DNA from: Dehalococcoidia bacterium | GTDB taxonomy: Bacteria > Chloroflexota > Dehalococcoidia > Bin125 | Assembly: GCA_963663895.2 (NCBI GenBank) | Contig: CAXXRD010000001.1 | Span: forward strand, 256,001 to 320,000 | DNA length: 64,000 nt | Direction of reading: 5' to 3' | Part shown: positions 39,612 to 50,811 of the stretch, piece by piece | Layout: each line of letters opens with the position of its first letter | How positions within the stretch are numbered: position 1 is the stretch's first letter | Notes under the pieces: model-generated | Databases searched by the model: none | The model's input: the letters and a program-made list of their open reading frames with translations, nothing else | Told to the model about the DNA's origin: nothing | Made by a program: the position numbers and the translations under genes

Positions 39612-39827
39612 CTACAACAGCCGCCACAGCGGCTTGCGGCCGGGCCGCGGATCGTAGTTCGCCTTGAACATCTCGAGCTTATCGCGCTCGATCAAATACT
39701 TCCCCGCGAACAAGGTCGCCGGCACCTTCTTCTGCTTGATCAGGCGCCGCAAACTCTGCGGATGAACCGACAGCTCGCGCGCAGCTTCGACCAAGTCCAG
39801 GTAATTCTCGAACGGCGCCTCGCCCAC
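39612..39827 (-). CDS. Small HTH_17/excisionase-like DNA-binding protein
   Basis: YLDLVEAARELSVHPQSLRRLIK..KVPA...GKYLI. Confidence 0.8.
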   Translation of the reverse strand: MGEAPFENYLDLVEAARELSVHPQSLRRLIKQKKVPATLFAGKYLIERDKLEMFKANYDPRPGRKPLWRLL

Positions 39828-39996
39828 GACCGCTCCATCTCTATTCGCTCATCTGCATATGTAATAATACCGGCAGGGATATAATTAGTAAAGTCTCGGT
39901 CCCTTCCTGGGATCCTACTTAATCGACCACGCCACGCTCGCTCGGCTAGCCTCAACTCGCCTTGGATTGCAGCCACACAGCGCATTGCCGGAGAAA

Positions 39997-40698
39997 ATGA
40001 TGAGCGAGGCCCTTCTGGATCAAGCGCGGGCAGAGGGCCGCACCGTGCTCAACGAGGTCGAATCGAAGCAGATCCTCGCGGCCGCTGGTCTCCCCATCAT
40101 TCCTACCGAGCTTGCCACGAGCCCGAGTCACGCCGCCGAGATCGCCGCTGTCCTCGGCTTCCCCGTCGCACTCAAAGTCGTCGCTACCGCCATCTCCCAC
40201 AAAAGCGACCACGGCGGCGTTGTCCTTAACCTCCCAGACGCGGCAGCGGTGCGCGCCGCCTACGACGAGATCCGCGCCGCTACCAGCCACCTCGCCGCCT
40301 TCGAGGGCGTCTCCGTCCAACCGATGGCCGCTCCAGGCGTCGAACTCGTGGTCGGACTCGCGCGCGATCCCCAATTCGGACCCGTCGTGATGGTGGGGCT
40401 GGGGGGCGTCTTGGTTGAACTGCTGGAAGACATCGCGCTTCGCCTCGTTCCCCTGACCCCGTCCGACGCCGCCGCGATGATCCGCGAGATCAAAGGCCTC
40501 CCTCTACTCCAGGGCTACCGCGGCGCCCTGCCCGCAGACCTCGCCGCCATTGAGGCGATCCTCCTCGCCGTCTCCCGCTTCGCCGTCGCGAATCCCGACA
40601 TCGCCGAACTCGACCTGAACCCGGTCATCGCCGGCCCCGACGGCGCGCGCGCGGTCGACGCCCGTATCGTGCTGATCGAGAACGAGCACTCCCCGTGA
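39997..40698 (+). CDS. NDP-forming acyl-CoA synthetase, ATP-grasp subunit
   Basis: GFPVALK, HKSD.GGV, DPQFGP, ELDLNP. Confidence 0.92.
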   Translation: MMSEALLDQARAEGRTVLNEVESKQILAAAGLPIIPTELATSPSHAAEIAAVLGFPVALKVVATAISHKSDHGGVVLNLPDAAAVRAAYDEIRAATSHLAAFEGVSVQPMAAPGVELVVGLARDPQFGPVVMVGLGGVLVELLEDIALRLVPLTPSDAAAMIREIKGLPLLQGYRGALPADLAAIEAILLAVSRFAVANPDIAELDLNPVIAGPDGARAVDARIVLIENEHSP

Positions 40699-42161
40699 CA
40701 ACCGCCGGCGAGGCCAACGCGACGCACGCAGCCGTCCAGTCCGAGCTGCGACAGCGCCTAGCGCGCGTGTTAAACCCACGCTGCATCGCCGTTGTGGGCG
40801 ACAAACAGGTCCGAAACTACAGCTGGCTCAAGAGCCTCAAGCCTTTCACCGGTTCCCTCTACTCCGTCCAAGTCGACGAACGGGAGATCCCAGGCATCGA
40901 AGAACTCGGCGTCAAGAATTTTGGGGCCCTCGCGGACATCCCCGAGCCCATCGACTTCGTCGTCTGCGCCGCCCCTCGCGCGGTTGCTCCCCATATCGTC
41001 CGCGACTGCATCGCCGTCGGCGCGGGGGGAATCGCCCTCTTCACTTCGGGCTTCAGCGAACACGGCGATGAGCAGGGCAAGCAGCTCGAGCAAGAACTCA
41101 TCCAACTCGCCCGCGACGCCCGCCTCCCCCTCATCGGTCCCAACTGCATGGGCCTGCACATTCCCCGCCTTGGTGTTCGCTTCAGCACCGACCAGCCCGT
41201 CCATGCCGGCGGGGACATCGCCTTCATCTCCCAGAGCGGCACCCACGGCCTGAACTTCAGCCTGGGGGCAGCCCTCCACGGGTTGTATTGCAGCACGCTC
41301 GTCTCGTTCGGCAACGGCGCCGTCTTGGAAGCCGCCGATTACCTCGACTATTTCGCCGACGACGACACCACCGAGGTCATCGGCATGTACATTGAGGGCG
41401 TCCGCGACGGTCCCCGTTTCGCCCGCGTCCTCCGGGATGTCGCACGGCGCAAGCCCGTCGTCGTATGGAAGGGCGGTCAAACGGAAGTCGGGAAGCGGGC
41501 CACCCTCTCCCACACCGCCTCCCTCACGACCAACAGCCGCGTCTGGAACGCCCTCGTCAAACAGGCCGGCGCCATCCCGGTCGATAGCTTGGACGAAATG
41601 CTCGACGTCGTGAAGGCGCTGCGCCACCCGCACCCCACGACCGGCCGCAGCGTCGCCCTCGCCGCCATGACCGGTGGGCAGTCGGTCGTCATCGCCGACG
41701 ACTTCGCCAAGGCCGGCTTCGAAATCCCCATCTTCAGCGCCGCCTCCAGCGCCCGTCTCCGCGAGTTCGTCAACGTCATCGGCGGCTCGGCCGAGAACCC
41801 CCTCGATCTCGTGAACACCGTCCTTTACGACGCGACCGCCGTGCGCCGCGTTCTCGACATCCTCAACGAGGACCCCAAGATCGACGCCATCGCCTTTGAG
41901 GTGTCCGCCTACATCATGCACGGCCGCTGGGCCAAGGACCCTGCGCTGCTCGAAGCGCTCCTGGACACGGTGGCCGCCTTCAACCGAGCAAGCACGAAAA
42001 CCTTCGCCGTGATCATCTACCCCGGCCACGTCGAGGCGAAGGCCGCTGACGTGCGCGACGCCCTCCAACAGCGCGGCGTCGCGACCTACCCCACCTTTGC
42101 CCGCGCCGCCACGGCCTTGGCGAAAGCGATCGCCTTCCACGCGGCGCGAGCCGAGCCTTGA
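40695..42161 (+). CDS. NDP-forming acyl-CoA synthetase, CoA-binding subunit
   Basis: SGF.E, IGPNCMG, FISQSG, KGG.T..G..A..SHT, NPLD. Confidence 0.92.
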   Translation: MTTAGEANATHAAVQSELRQRLARVLNPRCIAVVGDKQVRNYSWLKSLKPFTGSLYSVQVDEREIPGIEELGVKNFGALADIPEPIDFVVCAAPRAVAPHIVRDCIAVGAGGIALFTSGFSEHGDEQGKQLEQELIQLARDARLPLIGPNCMGLHIPRLGVRFSTDQPVHAGGDIAFISQSGTHGLNFSLGAALHGLYCSTLVSFGNGAVLEAADYLDYFADDDTTEVIGMYIEGVRDGPRFARVLRDVARRKPVVVWKGGQTEVGKRATLSHTASLTTNSRVWNALVKQAGAIPVDSLDEMLDVVKALRHPHPTTGRSVALAAMTGGQSVVIADDFAKAGFEIPIFSAASSARLREFVNVIGGSAENPLDLVNTVLYDATAVRRVLDILNEDPKIDAIAFEVSAYIMHGRWAKDPALLEALLDTVAAFNRASTKTFAVIIYPGHVEAKAADVRDALQQRGVATYPTFARAATALAKAIAFHAARAEP

Positions 42162-42255
42162 GTCCCTGCTATCGTCGCGCGCCAGCGCGCGCACCGAATA
42201 TGGGACCCGAAACGAAGCCGCTCGGCGACCGGGATCGTGCGAAGAGGCGAACCGA

Positions 42256-43449
42256 ATGAGGAACCGCATCTACGTCGACCACGCAGCGACCACCGCCGTC
42301 CGCCCGCAAGTGGCTGCGGCCATGGCGCCCTTTGCCAGCGAGCGTTTCGGAAACCCCAGCAGCCTCCACGCGCTCGGACGCGCCGCCGCAACCGCCGTCG
42401 ACGACGCGCGCGCGGTGGCAGCCGCCGTGCTCAACGCCCGGCCCGGCGAGCTGATCTTCACCAGCGGCGGTTCGGAGTCCATCAACAGCGCTCTCAAGGG
42501 CGTGGCCTTCGCGCAGCGTCTGGCCGGAGCGGGGCACCGCATCGTCACCACGCCCATTGAGCATCACGCCGCCTTGCACACCTGCGATTATCTGGAGCGT
42601 TTCGGCTTCGAGATCGCCCACGTTCCCGTCGACGCCGAAGGCACGGTCAGCCCCGGCGCCGTCGTCCGCGCCATGGACCCGGACACCGCGCTCGTCAACG
42701 TCATGCTCGCCAACAACGAGGTAGGCACCCTGCAACCCATCGCCGAGATCGCCCAAGCCGTCCGCCAGCGAGGCGCCGCCTTGGACCGCCGCATTCCCCT
42801 TCACACCGACGCCGTCCAGGCGCCCGGCCAACTCCCACTCGACGTCCAGGCCCTGGATGTCGACTTGCTCAGCCTCTCCGCGCATAAGTTCGGCGGGCCC
42901 AAGGGCGCCGGTCTCCTCTACCTGCGGCGCGGCACCCCCTTCCTTCCGCAACAGACCGGCGGCGGGCAGGAGCGCAACCGCCGCGCCGGGACGGAGAACG
43001 TCGCGGGCATCGTGGGCCTGGGCGCCGCCCTCGACCTCGCGGAGACCGAACGCGCGGACTTCGTCCGCCACACCTCCGCCTTGCGCGATCGCCTGCTCCG
43101 TCGCGCCCTGGACGATATCCCCGGCGCCGTACGCAACGGCCCCGCCAGCGATCGCCTCCCGAACAACGCCAACATCCGCTTCGACGGCACCGACGGCCAA
43201 GCGCTGCTCGAAGCGCTCGACAGCGCCGGCATCGACGCCTCCAGCGGCAGCGCCTGCACCACCGCATCTTGGGAGCCCAGCCACGTCCTGCTCGCCATGG
43301 GCATCGACCAAGACCAAGCCGCCGGCAGCTTGCGCTGCTCCTTCGGCCTCACCAACACGCCGGCCGATGTCGACCGCATCTTCACCGAGTTGGCGCGCAT
43401 CGTGTCGGCGCTGCGCGCGGGCGCGCCCGCCACTCCCAGCACGGTTTAA
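42256..43449 (+). CDS. Cysteine desulfurase, second paralog
   Basis: YVDHAATT, FTSGGSE, SAHKFGGPKG, SSGSACT. Confidence 0.92.
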   Translation: MRNRIYVDHAATTAVRPQVAAAMAPFASERFGNPSSLHALGRAAATAVDDARAVAAAVLNARPGELIFTSGGSESINSALKGVAFAQRLAGAGHRIVTTPIEHHAALHTCDYLERFGFEIAHVPVDAEGTVSPGAVVRAMDPDTALVNVMLANNEVGTLQPIAEIAQAVRQRGAALDRRIPLHTDAVQAPGQLPLDVQALDVDLLSLSAHKFGGPKGAGLLYLRRGTPFLPQQTGGGQERNRRAGTENVAGIVGLGAALDLAETERADFVRHTSALRDRLLRRALDDIPGAVRNGPASDRLPNNANIRFDGTDGQALLEALDSAGIDASSGSACTTASWEPSHVLLAMGIDQDQAAGSLRCSFGLTNTPADVDRIFTELARIVSALRAGAPATPSTV

Positions 43450-43592
43450 GCCACCGCCGCCGCCCTCGCGCCCAGCTCACCCAGCCGCCCAGACGGCGAC
43501 CGCGAGAGGCACACGCAACCGGCCCTGGCGCAGCGCAGCGAGAGCGGCGCGCGCCGCTGGCCGCGAGCCTATCCCTCACCTAGTCTCCCAAT

Positions 43593-44243
43593 ATGCCCAG
43601 GCGCCGCCTCGCCCGTCTGCTGCGCGTCCGCTCCCCGGCGCTGCCCGACGCTCGCATCGTCGTGGGTCTCGGCAATCCCGGCGTCACGTACGCCAGGCAT
43701 CGCCACAACGTGGGCGCTCGTGTCGTTGAGCGCTTGGCGGAGCGCCTGCGCCTGCCCCTAGAAGACAAGGCCAAACTCGTCTGGAGCGGACAAGGCCGAA
43801 CATCCTACGGCCCGGTCGTCCTCGCCGAGCCGCGCACCTACATGAATGAAAGCGGCCGCGCGGTCCAGGCGCTGCTCACCCGCCACCGCGCCGATCCCAG
43901 CGCCCTGATCCTCGTTTACGACGAAGTCGACTTGCCCAACGGCCGCGTCCGGATCCGCCCCGGCGGCGGCGACGGCGGCCAGAAGGGCATGCGCTCGATC
44001 GCCCAAGCGGTCGGCTCGCTGGATTTTCCCCGCGTTCGCATCGGCATCGGCCGCCCGTTCGTCCACGGTCAGCCGTCCTGGGACCCCGGCGCCGTCAGCG
44101 ACTACGTCCTCGCCGACCCCGGACTGGACCAAGCCGCCGCGCTCGCGCAGGCCGAAGCGAAAGCCGCCGAAGCGGTCATCGCCATCCTGCGGGATGGTGT
44201 CGAGACCGCCATGAACCGCTTCAACGCCGCCGTGGACGGCTAG
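43593..44243 (+). CDS. pth: Peptidyl-tRNA hydrolase
   Basis: VGLGNPG..Y..RHNVG, P.TYMNESG, RVRIGIGRP. Confidence 0.95.
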   Translation: MPRRRLARLLRVRSPALPDARIVVGLGNPGVTYARHRHNVGARVVERLAERLRLPLEDKAKLVWSGQGRTSYGPVVLAEPRTYMNESGRAVQALLTRHRADPSALILVYDEVDLPNGRVRIRPGGGDGGQKGMRSIAQAVGSLDFPRVRIGIGRPFVHGQPSWDPGAVSDYVLADPGLDQAAALAQAEAKAAEAVIAILRDGVETAMNRFNAAVDG

Positions 44244-44365
44244 ACCGGAGAGCCCTTCCACCGCACGCGGCAGGAGCGCGGAAGGCCGCCGCATTCGAGC
44301 GGCCTACACTCAACCCATCAAAGCGCTACGGCGGAGGGGACCACGCGGCCGGTCTCCGCCAAGCC

Positions 44366-47300
44366 TTGACGAGGACGGCAGCACGGGTGAGCGCCAGCCC
44401 TGACTCGGTCCACATCAAATCCGCAGGCCTCTTATCGGCCTTGCTTCCCGATATCGAAGCGGCCGTGCGCGAGGCGATCGGCGGCGCGCCGACGCGGACC
44501 CGGCGAGCACCCCACACCCTCGGCCTGCCCGACGGCGCCAAAGCGGCCGTGGTCGCTGCCCTGCGGCGCTTGTACGACGGGCCGATCCTCCTGATCACCT
44601 CTAAACCCACCCTCGCGCAAGACTATCTGGAAGACCTCCGCGCTTGGCTGCCACCCCATCAGGACGACGCACTTCTGCTCTTCCCGCCCCGTGAGTCGCT
44701 CCCTTACGAGCGCACCTCGCGGGAAAGCGCCGCCAGTCATGCCCGCCTGCGCGTCCTCGCCGCTCTCGCAGCCCGCGGCAACCGCCCTTTCGTCGTCACG
44801 GACGTGCAAGCCTTAGCACAGCGCACGCGCGCCGCGACCGCCGGCGCCAAGGCGCACGCCGGACTCAGCCTCCCCCGGCTCCAGGTCGGCGGACGGCTCC
44901 CCCTCGACCCCTTTCTCGCCGCTCTCGACAGCGGCGGCTACCGATCCGCCACCGTGGTCGACGAGCCCGGCGCCTTTGCCCGCCGCGGCGGCATCGTCGA
45001 CGTCTTCCCCGCTACCGACGACGCCGCCCTCCGCATCGAACTCCTCGGTGACGAAATCGCAAGCCTGCGCCGCTTTGATCCCGCCACGCAGCGCTCCATC
45101 GCAACGCTGCGGGAAACCCCACTCGGCGTCGCGACCGAGGCCGAAGCGGGCGAGGACGCCATCGCACTGGCCTCCTCGCTTGATCTGGAAGGTCTCCGCG
45201 GCGAAGCCGCTACCGCCTTCGCCACCGACCTGGAGCAGATCACTCGCGTCTCTCTGCCCTCGCAACTCAGCTTCTGGACGCCTTTCATCGCGCGCGGCCT
45301 CCTTTGGGACCACCTGCCGCCGGAAACGCTCGTGATCTGGGATGAGCCGGACGAATCCCGCGCCCTCCTCGACGACATCGTTCAGGAAGACAAGCGCGTC
45401 CGCGACGATCTCGAGGCGGGCGGGCGGATCCCCGCACGTCTCCCTCTCCCCCACGCCGCCTTCTCCGCCGTCAGTAGTCCCGCCGATACCCATTCCCGCA
45501 TCAACCTCGCTCGCTTCGCCAGCGACGCACACAGCACTCACGTCACCCGCCTCCCTTTCCAGCCGGTGGAGGCCTACGGCGGCCGACTCCGCACCCTCAT
45601 CGAAGACCTCAGCCGACCGCGCACATCCCGGACGCGCACCGTTCTCATCACCCAGCAGGCACCCCGCCTCGTCTCGCTATTCGCCGAGCACAGCCTCGCA
45701 GTCGGCGTCACCCCAGACGGCACCGCTCTCACGGTGCTGCACGGCTCCGCGCCCCAAGGCTGGCGCCTCCAGCGCGACCAAGATCCCCTCACCCTGCTCA
45801 CCGACGCCGAGATTTTCGGCTTCGCCAAGCAGCGCCGTACGGTCGCCAAGCGGAGCCGCAAGCACGCCACCTTCCTCCAAGACCTGCAGCCGGGCGACCT
45901 CGTCGTGCATATCGAGCACGGCATCGGCCGCTTCGTAGGACTGACGCGCGAGCAGGTCGGCGACCGGCAGCGGGAGTATCTGCAACTCGCTTACGCCGAC
46001 AACGATCGTCTCCTCGTCCCCACGGACCAGCTCCATCGTCTTCAGCGCTACGTCGGCGCCAGCGACGCGCCCCCAACCCTGACCCGCCTCGGCAGCCAGC
46101 AGTGGGCGCGCGCCAAGCAGCGGGTCCGCGCCTCCGTCCGCGAGCTCGCGGAATCCCTCCTCAAACTTTACGCCGCGCGCGAGATCCTGCCGGGGGTCGC
46201 CATCCCGCCCGACGGTCCCTGGCATATGGAGCTGGAAGCCTCCTTCCCCTTCGTTGAAACGCCCGATCAAGCCGCCGCCGCCCAAGCCGTCCGCGCCGAC
46301 CAAGCCCGCCCCCGCCCCATGGACCGCATCATCATCGGCGACGTCGGCTACGGGAAGACCGAAATCGCCGTCCGCGCCGCCTTCCGGGTTGCCACCGCCG
46401 GGCAGCAGACGGCGATGCTGGTCCCCACCACCGTCCTCGCGCAGCAGCACGAAGAAACCTTCCGCGCCCGCCTCGCCCCCTTTCCCGTACGCGTCGAGGT
46501 CCTCTCCCGCTTTCGCTCCCCCGCCGCGCAACGCGCCATCCTCCAGGACCTCGCCGCCGGCCGCATCGACATCCTCATCGGCACCCACCGGCTCCTTCAG
46601 CGGGATGTGCAGTTCAAATCACTCGGCCTCGTCGTCATCGACGAAGAGCAGCGCTTCGGCGTCGCCCACAAGGAGCGTCTCAAGCAGCTCCGACGGGAGG
46701 TCGACGTCCTCACCCTCTCCGCCACCCCCATTCCCCGCACCCTCCACATGGCTCTGGCGGGCATTCGCGACGTTTCCACCATCGAGACGCCCCCGGAGGA
46801 GCGCCTCCCCATCGCCACCTACGTCATGGAGACCGACGACCAAACCGTGCGCGAGGCGATCATCCGCGAGCTCGAGCGCGGGGGGCAGCTCTACTTCGTG
46901 CACAACCGCGTCCTCTCCATCGAAACGGTCGCCCGCTGGCTGCGCGACCTCGTCCCAGAGGCCCGCATCGCCGTCGCCCACGGGCAGATGCCGGAGCGCG
47001 ACCTCGAACGCATCATGCTCGACTTCACCGCCGGCACGACCGACATCCTCGTCTGCACCACCATCATCGAGTCCGGCCTGGACATCCCCAACGTCAACAC
47101 GATCATCATCCACCAGGCCCACCGCCTCGGACTGGCGCAGCTCTATCAGCTCCGCGGGCGCGTCGGGCGCGGCGCCACGCAGGCCTACGCCTATCTCCTC
47201 TACGACCGCTACGCCGGCCTCACCGAGCCCGCCCAAAAGCGGCTCCAGGCGATCTTCGAAGCCACCGAACTCGGCGCCGGCTTCCAGATCGCCATGCGCG

Positions 47301-47938
47301 ACCTCGAGATCCGCGGGGCCGGCAGCCTGCTCGGCGCCGAGCAGAGCGGGCACATCGGCGCCGTCGGCTTCGAGCTCTACACGCAGCTGCTCGCCGAGGC
47401 CGTCGAGCAGCTGCGCGCCGCACAGGAAGGCCGTCCTCCCGCGCCGCCAGAGCGTGCCCCCGCCGTCGCCCTCGACCTCCCCATCGCCGCCCACATCCCC
47501 GAAAGCTACATCCCGGACACCAACCTGCGCCTGGCGGTCTACCAAGAGCTGGCGGCCGTCGCCCAGCTCTCGGCCGCGGACGACCTCGCCGCCGCCCTCG
47601 TCGACCGTTTCGGCCCCATCCCCCCTCCGTTGGAGACCCTCATCGCGGCCGTCCGCATCCGTACGCTCGCCGCCAACCTCGGCGCCACGTCACTCGCGCG
47701 CGAGGAAAACGCGTTCGTCCTGCGCCTGACCGCGGGCAGCCGACCGCCACCCCTGCCGCCGACGGCGCTGCCGCCCGGCGTCGCAATCGGCCGCACCCTG
47801 ATCCGGTTTCAGCCCCGCGCGCTCGGCGACGACTGGCTATCCGCCCTGGAGGCCGCGCTCCGCACCCTGCTGCGGCTCCATCCGGACGGAAGCACGCAGC
47901 CGGCCGCCTCGGTACCGTCACCTGCAGCGCACCCATAA
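44366..47938 (+). CDS. mfd: Transcription-repair coupling factor (start uncertain)
   Basis: [46 protein letters not shown] domain. Confidence 0.97.
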   Translation: MTRTAARVSASPDSVHIKSAGLLSALLPDIEAAVREAIGGAPTRTRRAPHTLGLPDGAKAAVVAALRRLYDGPILLITSKPTLAQDYLEDLRAWLPPHQDDALLLFPPRESLPYERTSRESAASHARLRVLAALAARGNRPFVVTDVQALAQRTRAATAGAKAHAGLSLPRLQVGGRLPLDPFLAALDSGGYRSATVVDEPGAFARRGGIVDVFPATDDAALRIELLGDEIASLRRFDPATQRSIATLRETPLGVATEAEAGEDAIALASSLDLEGLRGEAATAFATDLEQITRVSLPSQLSFWTPFIARGLLWDHLPPETLVIWDEPDESRALLDDIVQEDKRVRDDLEAGGRIPARLPLPHAAFSAVSSPADTHSRINLARFASDAHSTHVTRLPFQPVEAYGGRLRTLIEDLSRPRTSRTRTVLITQQAPRLVSLFAEHSLAVGVTPDGTALTVLHGSAPQGWRLQRDQDPLTLLTDAEIFGFAKQRRTVAKRSRKHATFLQDLQPGDLVVHIEHGIGRFVGLTREQVGDRQREYLQLAYADNDRLLVPTDQLHRLQRYVGASDAPPTLTRLGSQQWARAKQRVRASVRELAESLLKLYAAREILPGVAIPPDGPWHMELEASFPFVETPDQAAAAQAVRADQARPRPMDRIIIGDVGYGKTEIAVRAAFRVATAGQQTAMLVPTTVLAQQHEETFRARLAPFPVRVEVLSRFRSPAAQRAILQDLAAGRIDILIGTHRLLQRDVQFKSLGLVVIDEEQRFGVAHKERLKQLRREVDVLTLSATPIPRTLHMALAGIRDVSTIETPPEERLPIATYVMETDDQTVREAIIRELERGGQLYFVHNRVLSIETVARWLRDLVPEARIAVAHGQMPERDLERIMLDFTAGTTDILVCTTIIESGLDIPNVNTIIIHQAHRLGLAQLYQLRGRVGRGATQAYAYLLYDRYAGLTEPAQKRLQAIFEATELGAGFQIAMRDLEIRGAGSLLGAEQSGHIGAVGFELYTQLLAEAVEQLRAAQEGRPPAPPERAPAVALDLPIAAHIPESYIPDTNLRLAVYQELAAVAQLSAADDLAAALVDRFGPIPPPLETLIAAVRIRTLAANLGATSLAREENAFVLRLTAGSRPPPLPPTALPPGVAIGRTLIRFQPRALGDDWLSALEAALRTLLRLHPDGSTQPAASVPSPAAHP

Positions 47939-47973
47939 GCGTCCGCGATCTACACTGCAACCGAGGAGCCCCC

Positions 47974-48294
47974 ATGAGCGACGACCCCTACAAGCAATCC
48001 GACGACTTCGAGGACCCCTTTCAGAACTCCGGCGCGAGCATGTGGAAAGACGCCGAGCGCGACGCCACCCGCATCGCGCGCGACGCGAACCGGGCCGAAC
48101 GCACCCAAGCCGCGCCCGGCGCAGAACAACCACCGCCCTCCATGGCCGCCCCTTCCCGCGCCGGTACTCCGGAGGGAGGTCCCATCCCAGATGCTCAATC
48201 GAGCGAGAAAGCCCGCCGCCGCAACCGCTCCTGGATCATCCCGCTCGTCATCTTCATCGTCATCATTCTGATCAACGTGATCCGCGACGGATAG
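47974..48294 (+). CDS. Hypothetical protein with C-terminal TM anchor
   Basis: GAGGAG RBS; hydrophobic WIIPLVIFIVIILI. Confidence 0.7.
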   Translation: MSDDPYKQSDDFEDPFQNSGASMWKDAERDATRIARDANRAERTQAAPGAEQPPPSMAAPSRAGTPEGGPIPDAQSSEKARRRNRSWIIPLVIFIVIILINVIRDG

Positions 48295-48365
48295 ACGAGC
48301 CGCCCTCGCCCGCCCCGGCCGCGGCACTAACGTGTCCGCCTGCTAGCATCATTCCGACCGGCCGT

Positions 48366-48442
48366 CGGGGCGTGGCGCAGTCCGGTAGCGCACTTGACTG
48401 GGGGTCAAGAGGTCGCTGGTTCAAATCCAGTCGCCCCGACCA
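48366..48442 (+). tRNA. tRNA-Pro(GGG)
   Basis: Full cloverleaf CGGGGCG...CGCCCCG-ACCA; anticodon arm CTTGA-CTGGGGG-TCAAG; GTTCAAATC T-loop. Confidence 0.97.
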
Positions 48443-48565
48443 CAATCTCTCTAGGATTTCAGGGGTTTCCGAACATAGCCCGATCGACGGTCCGGTCCAC
48501 GGGCCACTGACGGGCCAGTAAATCGCGCCCCTGTACGTGAAAACGTGCGATCGGGGATCCCGTAC

Positions 48566-48592
48566 GGAACTTATTCCCCTGGCCGTGGCGTT
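48566..48592 (+). promoter_or_regulatory. ECF-sigma-type promoter GGAAC-N18-CGTT (copy 2)
   Basis: Homologous to the 7332 and 50754 leaders. Confidence 0.6.
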
Positions 48593-48623
48593 AAGTTGGA
48601 CGAGACGGCCGAGAGGGGGCGTG

Positions 48624-50451
48624 ATGCCGGTCCGGCGGGCACGGCGACCGTGGCACTTCTTGCTGATATCCAGTTTCGCGTTGCTGCTGGCCAGCAGCCT
48701 CGTGGCGTGTGGTGGGTCCTCGGACAACGACACCCTGTCCCCGGTGCCAGGCGAGCCAGCTGTCGTGGCCGCGCTTTCACCGGAGGCCGAGGCTGCACAA
48801 ACCCCGGCAGCCATCCCCGAGCCGTCAGCCGAATCGGTGGAGCCGCCCGTGCCGGATCCACCCGCCGTGCCAACCGAACCATCCGCGTCAGACCCACCGA
48901 CACCGACCGCGGAGGCCATCTCCACAGAGACCGTTATTCCCTCCCATCCCGGCGTCGCGCTGATCGAAGCCGGCACCCGGTGCCTTCGAGCACCATACCT
49001 TTGCGGCGGGCGAACGTATTGACTGGACGCACGGCATCTTGGTCCTCGACCCCGAAACCGGACGCACCGAGGGCTACGCCGTCGCGGAGGCGATGCTGGA
49101 TGGCTACGACTGGTATTGGCTATGGCTAGATTCCGGGGGTTGGATCGTCGCGGATGGCAGCTCCCAGCAAAAATCGAGCTTCGTGCTCCACCGAGCAACG
49201 GGGCAATCGTGGAGCTGGCCGTCGAACGCCCTGCAGCTGGTGGCAGCATCACGCGAGCATCTCTTATTCGCGGAAATAACCCGTTCCGCTCCCCCCTTCA
49301 CCGGTCGCCTCACGATCACCAATCGCGCGATGAAAGAGGTGGGTCGCTTCTCCATCGCCTCTGGATGGGACCCACGTGCCGTCTTCTCGCCGGACGGACG
49401 CACCATCGCGCTCAGTGAGGGGAGGGGAGGGGAGGGAGGGAGTGTCTACCTCATCGCGGTGGAGTCGGCGCGTCCCACCGTCCTGCTTCAAGCCGGAGCC
49501 CATGATGGTCCGACGTCAGCGTGGATCGACCTGCGGTATGAGGGGCCCGGTTTCCTGGTGAGGGCGGAATACACGAAAGAATCCGACGAAACCCATCGGG
49601 AAGAGCACTACTTCCGTTGGGAGGACGGGTCGCTCTCTGATCCAACTCCCGTCTCCTGCGAGGGGCAGCCCTCTCCAGACGGTCGCTACGTGGCGCGGCC
49701 CGTCGGCGGCTACGTCTACGAAACGCACTCCGGCGTGCATGCCCGTGAAGACCCCTGGCCGTCGCTCGTCATCACCGAGGCGGCCACCTGTGCCCCACTC
49801 TTCCGCGTGCGATCGGCACAAACGTTCTCGCCTACGTGGCAGGCTGCTTGGCTGCCCAGCAGCGACGGATTCGTCATCCATATGCGTGACGGCGGCATGA
49901 TGGTGCGCGTCCGTCCCACACCTGATCTGGTCCGCTTGCCTGGGTCGGGTGAACCGGCGCCCACGGGGGACGGACGCTACTTTGGGTACGGCGCGCGAGT
50001 GTACGACGCCCTTGAGGACCGCTGGCTTGGCCCTGTCCTCTTCCGAGACGGTCCGGCCGGATGGGGAGATTCCCACCGCGAGCGCTGGTTCCAGATCCTC
50101 CCGTACGTGTGGGGGCCAGACGGCTGGCTCGAGTGGCTTCTCTTGCCGCCCAAGATCGAATTCCCCCCGTTCAGGAATGAGATCGCCTTTCGCGTGGCCG
50201 GGACCGGCAGCTGCCTCCGCCTCCGCGCGGCCCCGGGGGAGGAAAGTGAGACCCAGGACTGCCTTCCCGATGGCGCACGCCTCGTGCTGGCCGAACCGAA
50301 CGAGCCACCGCACGACCTCTGGCGCCCCCAACCCCATCCCGCGGTTGCCTGGACAGAACCGAGGTTCGTTCCACGATCCACGTGGGTGCATGTTCGAACG
50401 GAAGCCGGCGCCGAGGGCTGGGTCAGCCACGACTACCTGGAGCACGACTGA
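48624..50451 (+). CDS. Lipoprotein with TolB/WD40-like repeats and C-terminal SH3b-like domain (frameshift near 48980)
   Basis: Lipobox LVACGG; FSPDGR/SPDGRY repeats; CLRLRAAPG...WVHVRT..GAEGWVSHDYL. Confidence 0.7.
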
Positions 50452-50569
50452 GGGGCCATGTAGGCCCTCGCTTGCGAGCTAGCAGAACCCCCTTGATAGC
50501 GACGGCGTTACGCTTGACAGGACCATCGGGATTGTTCGCGGAGACATGCGGACCGCAGGAGTGCGCGAG

Positions 50570-50640
50570 GCCGTCGGCTCGACTGGAGCTACTGTTTCGT
50601 AAACAGCAGGTCGAGGGTTCGAATCCCTCAGCCGGCTTCA
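50570..50640 (+). pseudogene. Degenerate tRNA-Thr(CGT) / att-like remnant
   Basis: Intact anticodon arm CTGTT-TCGTA-AACAG and T-arm GAGGG-TTCGAAT-CCCTC; 5' acceptor and D arm partly deleted; ends TTCA. Confidence 0.75.
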
Positions 50641-50753
50641 CTCACCCAGATCAGATGCGACGTGACGGCGGTCTCGTGGCCTGCGCGCGGTCCACTGACG
50701 AGCCACGAAGTCACGCTCCCGCGCGTGGAGCGACTCGATCGTGGGCCCCATGC

Positions 50754-50779
50754 GGAACCCTTCTTGTAGCAGCGTCGTT
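50754..50779 (+). promoter_or_regulatory. ECF-sigma-type promoter GGAAC-N17-CGTT (copy 3)
   Basis: Homologous to the 7332 and 48566 leaders. Confidence 0.65.
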
Positions 50780-50811
50780 AACCTGAATAAGACGGCCGGA
50801 AGGGGGACGCT

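Noticed and set aside
39612-39827. Prophage excisionase
   Set aside because: No integrase or phage genes nearby; housekeeping context.
48420-48442. attR duplicate of the tRNA-Pro 3' end delimiting an island
   Set aside because: No second copy seen in the window.
49418-49441. G-rich run as a G-quadruplex recombination signal
   Set aside because: In frame (EGRGGEGG) within a coding loop; no other support.
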